IMG/VR virus record: IMGVR_UViG_3300042691_055965
Span: 165,189 to 229,188 of that record
Strand: one strand, 5' to 3'
Length of the DNA: 64,000 nt
The notes below the pieces were generated by a model that saw only the letters and a list, made by a program, of their open reading frames with translations, searched no databases and was not told where the DNA came from. The position numbers were made by a program, and so were the translations under genes. How positions within the stretch are numbered: position 1 is the first letter of the stretch; each line of letters opens with the position of its first letter. Below are positions 59,666-64,000 of the stretch, in pieces.

Positions 59666-60604
59666 ATGTCATTATCAGATAATAAAATTATATCTTTAGG
59701 TAAAGTATTATTAAATATTGCTAAAGAAGAGTACGGACAAGATTTAATTACTCTACGTAAATTCTATACGTTATGTCAATCTGTTGAAATGGCACAAACC
59801 ATCTTGTCTTCAACTAATTTGATGTCAGACAAAGTAAAAACAATATATTCAGCATTTTTCATACAATCTAATAAAACAAAAGAGGAAATTACAAAATTAA
59901 TTAATGATTTATATTTTGTAACAATTGATTTTTACGATGACACAGGTTATATAGAAAATGAATGTTCAAGTTGCTATGGTGATGGATACCAAGACTGTTC
60001 TAATTGCGAAGGTACAGGAAAAGAATATTGTAGAACTTGTGATGGGGATGGTGGAATAGATTGTGATAGTTGCGGTGGTGGTGGTACAGAAGATTGTAGA
60101 CATTGTGACGGTAAAGGTACAGAAACAGAAGAAGACGAAGAAGGTGATGAAATAGAAGTTGAATGTGTTATTTGTGATGGTTCAGGTGTAGAAAAGTGCA
60201 GAGATTGTTCGGGGAGTGGAAATTTTGAGTGCCCAAATTGTGAAGGGAGTGGAAATGAAGAATGTGGTAGTTGTGATGGGGGTGGAAATGAAATGTGTGA
60301 CGAATGTGACGGTACAGGTGAAACAAAAAGTGAAGAAGAATTTTATAATATTACAAAACGACAATATGTTACAGTTGGAAACCTGATTGAAAAATATGAT
60401 GGTGAAATTATGTTATATGAAATATTTGAAGAAAAAGATTCAAATTTTGAAATGTTGGTAGATGAATTAAATTTATTTTCTTCGATTTATTACGACGATA
60501 TACCTGCAGATGAAAGAAATAATTCAGCTGATGTTGAAGATTATTTTGTTGAAATAGTTGATGTATTAAAATTGGAAAGAGTTAACAAGAGATTAGCTTT
60601 TTAA
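59666..60604 (+). CDS. protein with ten DnaJ-type CxxCxGxG zinc-finger repeats
   Basis: 5+5 repeats around an acidic loop; no J domain. Confidence 0.8.
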   Translation: MSLSDNKIISLGKVLLNIAKEEYGQDLITLRKFYTLCQSVEMAQTILSSTNLMSDKVKTIYSAFFIQSNKTKEEITKLINDLYFVTIDFYDDTGYIENECSSCYGDGYQDCSNCEGTGKEYCRTCDGDGGIDCDSCGGGGTEDCRHCDGKGTETEEDEEGDEIEVECVICDGSGVEKCRDCSGSGNFECPNCEGSGNEECGSCDGGGNEMCDECDGTGETKSEEEFYNITKRQYVTVGNLIEKYDGEIMLYEIFEEKDSNFEMLVDELNLFSSIYYDDIPADERNNSADVEDYFVEIVDVLKLERVNKRLAF

Positions 60605-60634
60605 TAAACCCACAATATTTATAAATAAAAATAT

Positions 60635-61243
60635 ATGAAATCGAGATTAACTGAATCAGACATAAGAAGAATAGTCAATAAAACTTTGTTTGAGATGAAC
60701 CACGATGACGATGACTTTGAAATGAATCATTCGATGGGAAGAGATGAAGAGTGGGGTGAAACCGACAAAGGAGAACAAAAACTTCAAGATTTGTTAGATG
60801 AAGCAAGAGATATATTGGAAAATGAATGTGGATTTACATTTGAAGAATTAAATCAAATGGATGAAATGGATGTTGCAACTGCATTGGAAGAAAATGCTGA
60901 AAAGTGTGAAGAAACGGAAACACAATACATTTATATGTTAGTTGATCAGATTATTGATTTGTTATATGAAGAAGGTTTCGAAGGTGACTTGGAAGAAGGT
61001 TTTGATGACGAAAGAACAAAAAGACACTACGACGATTATTCACCAAAGACATATAGAAGAATGCCAAAAAACATATTTCAACCAGGTGCTGAAGACCCTG
61101 AAGGAACAATGTTAATGAAAAGAGACGACGATGAAGAATATAACGCACATTTTGAAGACGATTTCAATTTTGATGATTTTCTTGACAAAGATGATGAAGA
61201 CAAAGAAGATTGGGATTACGATGATGAAGAATTTGAATATTAA
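60635..61243 (+). CDS. leader-bearing, very acidic protein
   Basis: MKSRLTESDIRRIVNKTLFE; D/E-rich. Confidence 0.7.
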   Translation: MKSRLTESDIRRIVNKTLFEMNHDDDDFEMNHSMGRDEEWGETDKGEQKLQDLLDEARDILENECGFTFEELNQMDEMDVATALEENAEKCEETETQYIYMLVDQIIDLLYEEGFEGDLEEGFDDERTKRHYDDYSPKTYRRMPKNIFQPGAEDPEGTMLMKRDDDEEYNAHFEDDFNFDDFLDKDDEDKEDWDYDDEEFEY

Positions 61244-61245
61244 TA

Positions 61246-61271
61246 AAAAAAGTCGGTTATACCGACTTTTT
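61246..61271. terminator. bidirectional terminator
   Basis: aaaaagtcggt-tat-accgacttttt between convergent genes. Confidence 0.75.
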
Positions 61272-61853
61272 CATTAATAAGTTGTTTAGTTTATAATATC
61301 CAATAAATACCAAACCACCAATAATACCGTAAAAGTGTCCTACTGCGGTAAAGTTTAATTCAGGAGAAGGTTTTAATGAGATTAATGTGTCAAAAATAAA
61401 GACAACAGAAAGGAATTTTAATTTATTATCATTAGAAAAGAAAAGAAAAACTGTCACTATTGTTGCAACAAAACCTGAACTACCCACCAAAGAATCATCA
61501 CCTTGTAAAACAAATAGAACGTTTATTAATATGACGTTAACGACAATACTTATTACCAACATTATCAGGTAGTTAGTTTTACTAATCATATTTTCAAGTT
61601 GAGATGAAAATATTATAAAGAAAGAAAGATTCCACAACAAATGGGTTGGTTCTTGAGCATGAAATAATGGGTAAGTTAAAACTTGATGAAGTTGAAATTT
61701 TGGAGAATCAAATGAATGTAAAGCAAGTGAATTCATCAACACCTGACTTATTGGTATTATAACAAAAATGGACAACAAGTAACAATAAACTAAAATTTTT
61801 GAAATTTTTGTAGTAATGTTATCTGACTTTCTGATAAAAATTATGTTTTTCAT
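61257..61853 (-). CDS. rhomboid-family intramembrane serine protease
   Basis: TY..FH....HL..N, GSSG catalytic Ser, H..G...G catalytic His; about six TMs. Confidence 0.8.
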   Translation of the reverse strand: MKNIIFIRKSDNITTKISKILVYCYLLSIFVIIPISQVLMNSLALHSFDSPKFQLHQVLTYPLFHAQEPTHLLWNLSFFIIFSSQLENMISKTNYLIMLVISIVVNVILINVLFVLQGDDSLVGSSGFVATIVTVFLFFSNDNKLKFLSVVFIFDTLISLKPSPELNFTAVGHFYGIIGGLVFIGYYKLNNLLMKKSV

Positions 61854-61945
61854 TTTTCTAATTTTTTTGGTTTGAAATACAAATATAGTGTTTTTTTTTA
61901 ATCAAGATATATTTATATAAAAAATAAAAAAAGAAAAAAAATATT

Positions 61946-62392
61946 ATGAAAAGAAAAAAAATAATTAGATTGTCGGAGTCACAATTGACAAAATTTATTA
62001 GACGTGTTGTGAATGAAGCTGCAGTATCAACTCAAGATGCTGCGGAAATTAAAAAAGGAACCGCAGCTGGAAATGCTTGGGTAGATTGTTCGATTGCTGC
62101 AAAAATATATAATTCACAAGGATATATTTATGATGATTTATTTATGTTACGCGACGCTCTTGCAGAGATTAAAGATAAAGCTCAATATTACCGAGTGGAA
62201 GAATGTTTGGAAAGTATAAGTGATGGTGACTATGATGATATCATCGATTACATTAATAACTTTGCTGCGGGATTGGAATTAGGTAGGGCTAATATACCTT
62301 ATCATATTCAACGATTACTAGGTAATTCAGAAATGGAAAGATTGAATACCGAAAAAACTTTTGGTGATTATTTCTATAAAGCGGGTGCGTAA
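61946..62392 (+). CDS. leader-bearing protein
   Basis: MKRKKIIRLSESQLTKFIRRVVNEA. Confidence 0.7.
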   Translation: MKRKKIIRLSESQLTKFIRRVVNEAAVSTQDAAEIKKGTAAGNAWVDCSIAAKIYNSQGYIYDDLFMLRDALAEIKDKAQYYRVEECLESISDGDYDDIIDYINNFAAGLELGRANIPYHIQRLLGNSEMERLNTEKTFGDYFYKAGA

Positions 62393-62431
62393 TAGTCCTC
62401 ACTAAATAGAAATTAATTATAATTTATTATT

Positions 62432-62460
62432 AAGACTCCCTTTTTGGAGTCTTTTTTTTT
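62432..62460 (+). terminator. intrinsic terminator
   Basis: aagactcc-cttttt-ggagtctt + T run. Confidence 0.75.
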
Positions 62461-62491
62461 GATGTCAAATTATTTTTTGTATCTTTGTGAT

Positions 62492-62989
62492 ATGAAAAAC
62501 AGACTACCATACGAAATGACATCAAAGGCAATCAAGGGATATTCTAATTCTGCAATTGCCAAAGGAGAAACAAAAGATTGTGTTGTCAGGGCATTTGCTT
62601 CTTCATTCGAAATTCCTTATGATGTTGCTCACGAATATGTTGCGACACACTTCAATCGTAAACCACGATGTGGGACTTTTGGAACATCTCTTAAGTTGGT
62701 TAAAATGGCAAATGAGGAAGTTGTTGTAAACCAAAAAAAAGTTTATTTAGTTGGATACCGATTTACCCCATCAATGTTTGGAACATTGTCATATGATGTT
62801 AAAGTCAAAGGTGAGGTTAAAAAACGAAATATGACGGTTGGAACATTTATTAAGAAAAATCCAATTGGGACATTTTTTGTTATAGTTTCAGGACACGCAT
62901 TCACAATCAAAGATGGTGTTGTTATCGGAAACTATGAAGATTCAGTTAAAATAAAAAGAGTAATGAAATGTGCATTTGAAATTAAATGA
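62492..62989 (+). CDS. hypothetical protein with DCVVRA..GH motif (possible Cys-His peptidase fold)
   Basis: Start placed after TATCTTTG at 62480. Confidence 0.55.
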   Translation: MKNRLPYEMTSKAIKGYSNSAIAKGETKDCVVRAFASSFEIPYDVAHEYVATHFNRKPRCGTFGTSLKLVKMANEEVVVNQKKVYLVGYRFTPSMFGTLSYDVKVKGEVKKRNMTVGTFIKKNPIGTFFVIVSGHAFTIKDGVVIGNYEDSVKIKRVMKCAFEIK

Positions 62990-63162
62990 TATTTCAAAAT
63001 ATGTATTGTAAAACAATCATATGAAAAATATACTACCTTGGTTCTTGTTATTGATATTATTTTTTAATACATTTTTCAGTATATACATCGATAATATTGT
63101 TGCAACACTTGGATGGACGGTTGCAAGCTTATTACAAATTAAAAATTGCATAATAAAAGAAA

Positions 63163-63447
63163 ATGAAAACATTTGACGATATAGAATTCAAAGAACATTC
63201 AGCCGGTGATGGGTATCATGGAAAAATATTCTTTGATAATGGATATGGTGTGTCAGTTGTTAGATTCAAAATCAATGGACGATACGGATCTTACACTAAT
63301 ACTGACAATCAATGGGAACTTGCGGTTCTTTTTGGTAATGAAAATGAGTGGGAAATAACTTATAATACACCCATCACAAATGATGTTATCGGTTATTTAT
63401 CTTCTGATGAGGTAACTGAAATTATGAAAAAAGTTCAAGAACTTTGA
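63163..63447 (+). CDS. hypothetical protein
   Basis: FDNGYGVSVV..WELAVL..TPITNDVIGYL. Confidence 0.65.
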   Translation: MKTFDDIEFKEHSAGDGYHGKIFFDNGYGVSVVRFKINGRYGSYTNTDNQWELAVLFGNENEWEITYNTPITNDVIGYLSSDEVTEIMKKVQEL

Positions 63448-63477
63448 AAAAACACTTCACGGGGTGTTTTTTTTTTT
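63447..63477 (+). terminator. intrinsic terminator
   Basis: aaaaaacacttc / gggtgttttttt. Confidence 0.65.
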
Positions 63478-63532
63478 GTTCAAAGGTATATTTACTTATA
63501 TAAGTAGCATAATCTGATTTAATTAAAAAAAA

Positions 63533-64000
63533 ATGAATTTAAACGAACACATCAAAAGAATGAAAACCCTGTTCAATGCTGAACATGGAATAGTAAAACC
63601 ATTAGTTTCTGAACAGGTAGCAAAATACGAACGATTACCAACATTCAAAACTTTTTCTGAATACTGTACATCTACAATTACACCAAGGGAAACTGCGGAA
63701 TATGTCGAAGAATTGAAAAATATGGGATTTAAATGTGTTGGTAGTGTCCAAATGTTAGAACCAAATTATCCTTCATCGGATCCAGAAAAACAAGCAAGAA
63801 CAATTACTTTAATGAAACCAATGCCATTAGATGGTGGTACTTTATATATAGATTTACACGAAGTAAAATTTATACATCCTGTGAGTACTTTTGGATATTA
63901 TGTAGAATATGCCAGTGGACGTGGAGAAGAAGGAAACGTAGAAGGAACAGAAGGTGTTAAGGATTTAGAAGAAAGATTGGACGCTGAATTCAGAAAATAA
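63533..64000 (+). CDS. leader-bearing protein
   Basis: MNLNEHIKRMKTLF..PLVSE. Confidence 0.6.
   Translation: MNLNEHIKRMKTLFNAEHGIVKPLVSEQVAKYERLPTFKTFSEYCTSTITPRETAEYVEELKNMGFKCVGSVQMLEPNYPSSDPEKQARTITLMKPMPLDGGTLYIDLHEVKFIHPVSTFGYYVEYASGRGEEGNVEGTEGVKDLEERLDAEFRK

Larger units (their letters stand above)
2662..61917 (+). promoter_or_regulatory. recurrent TATTTAT(A/T/G) motif, candidate phage late promoter
   Basis: At 2662, 9567, 9877, 14010, 18172, 32100, 35877, 41434, 46604, 51249, 55204, 57124, 58533, 59653, 60616 and 61910, each just upstream of a start codon. Confidence 0.6.

Noticed and set aside
1-64000. Stop-codon reassignment as seen in some large phages
   Set aside because: Genes are full length under code 11, and TAA, TGA and TAG all end genes at sensible positions
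1-64000. Bacterial chromosome or eukaryotic virus origin (sigma, DnaJ, GS, SET, LRR)
   Set aside because: Baseplate/fibre block, gp46/47-like pair, phage-type primase, dense unidirectional small ORFs and bacterial promoters/terminators indicate a large bacteriophage

Overview
AT-rich, gene-dense, almost entirely plus-strand segment of a large (probably jumbo) tailed dsDNA phage. The host is most likely a Bacteroidota/Flavobacterium-type bacterium, based on TAnnTTTG -7 promoters, no Shine-Dalgarno sites, SprB-like repeats, Q-rule signal peptides and an Hc1-like protein. 1-20.4 kb: baseplate/tail/fibre genes with Pro-Thr tracts and two embedded glycosyltransferases. 20.4-31.3 kb: RuvC-like resolvase, primase, exonuclease, SbcD/SbcC, a putative R-M pair and a sigma-70 factor. 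32-37 kb: membrane/lysis-like genes and head-associated proteins. 37-51 kb: Hc1-like protein, DnaJ, Dam-like and N4/N6 MTases, LRR and PcfJ-like proteins, glutaredoxin, a degenerate MetK homologue and glutamine synthetase. 51-64 kb: a DHH-SET fusion, a ~850-nt structured ncRNA behind rRNA-style tandem promoters and boxA, and a cluster of unrelated proteins sharing an N-terminal leader and an upstream TATTTATA motif. Top leads: (1) the giant ncRNA unit, (2) a leader-directed capsid-cargo/polyprotein system, (3) virion O-glycosylation (GT60-like enzyme, (TP)n tracts, [ST][GA]xT motifs), (4) SET methyltransferase plus Hc1-like protein, (5) pseudo-MetK. All family calls come from motif recognition by eye; no searches were run.
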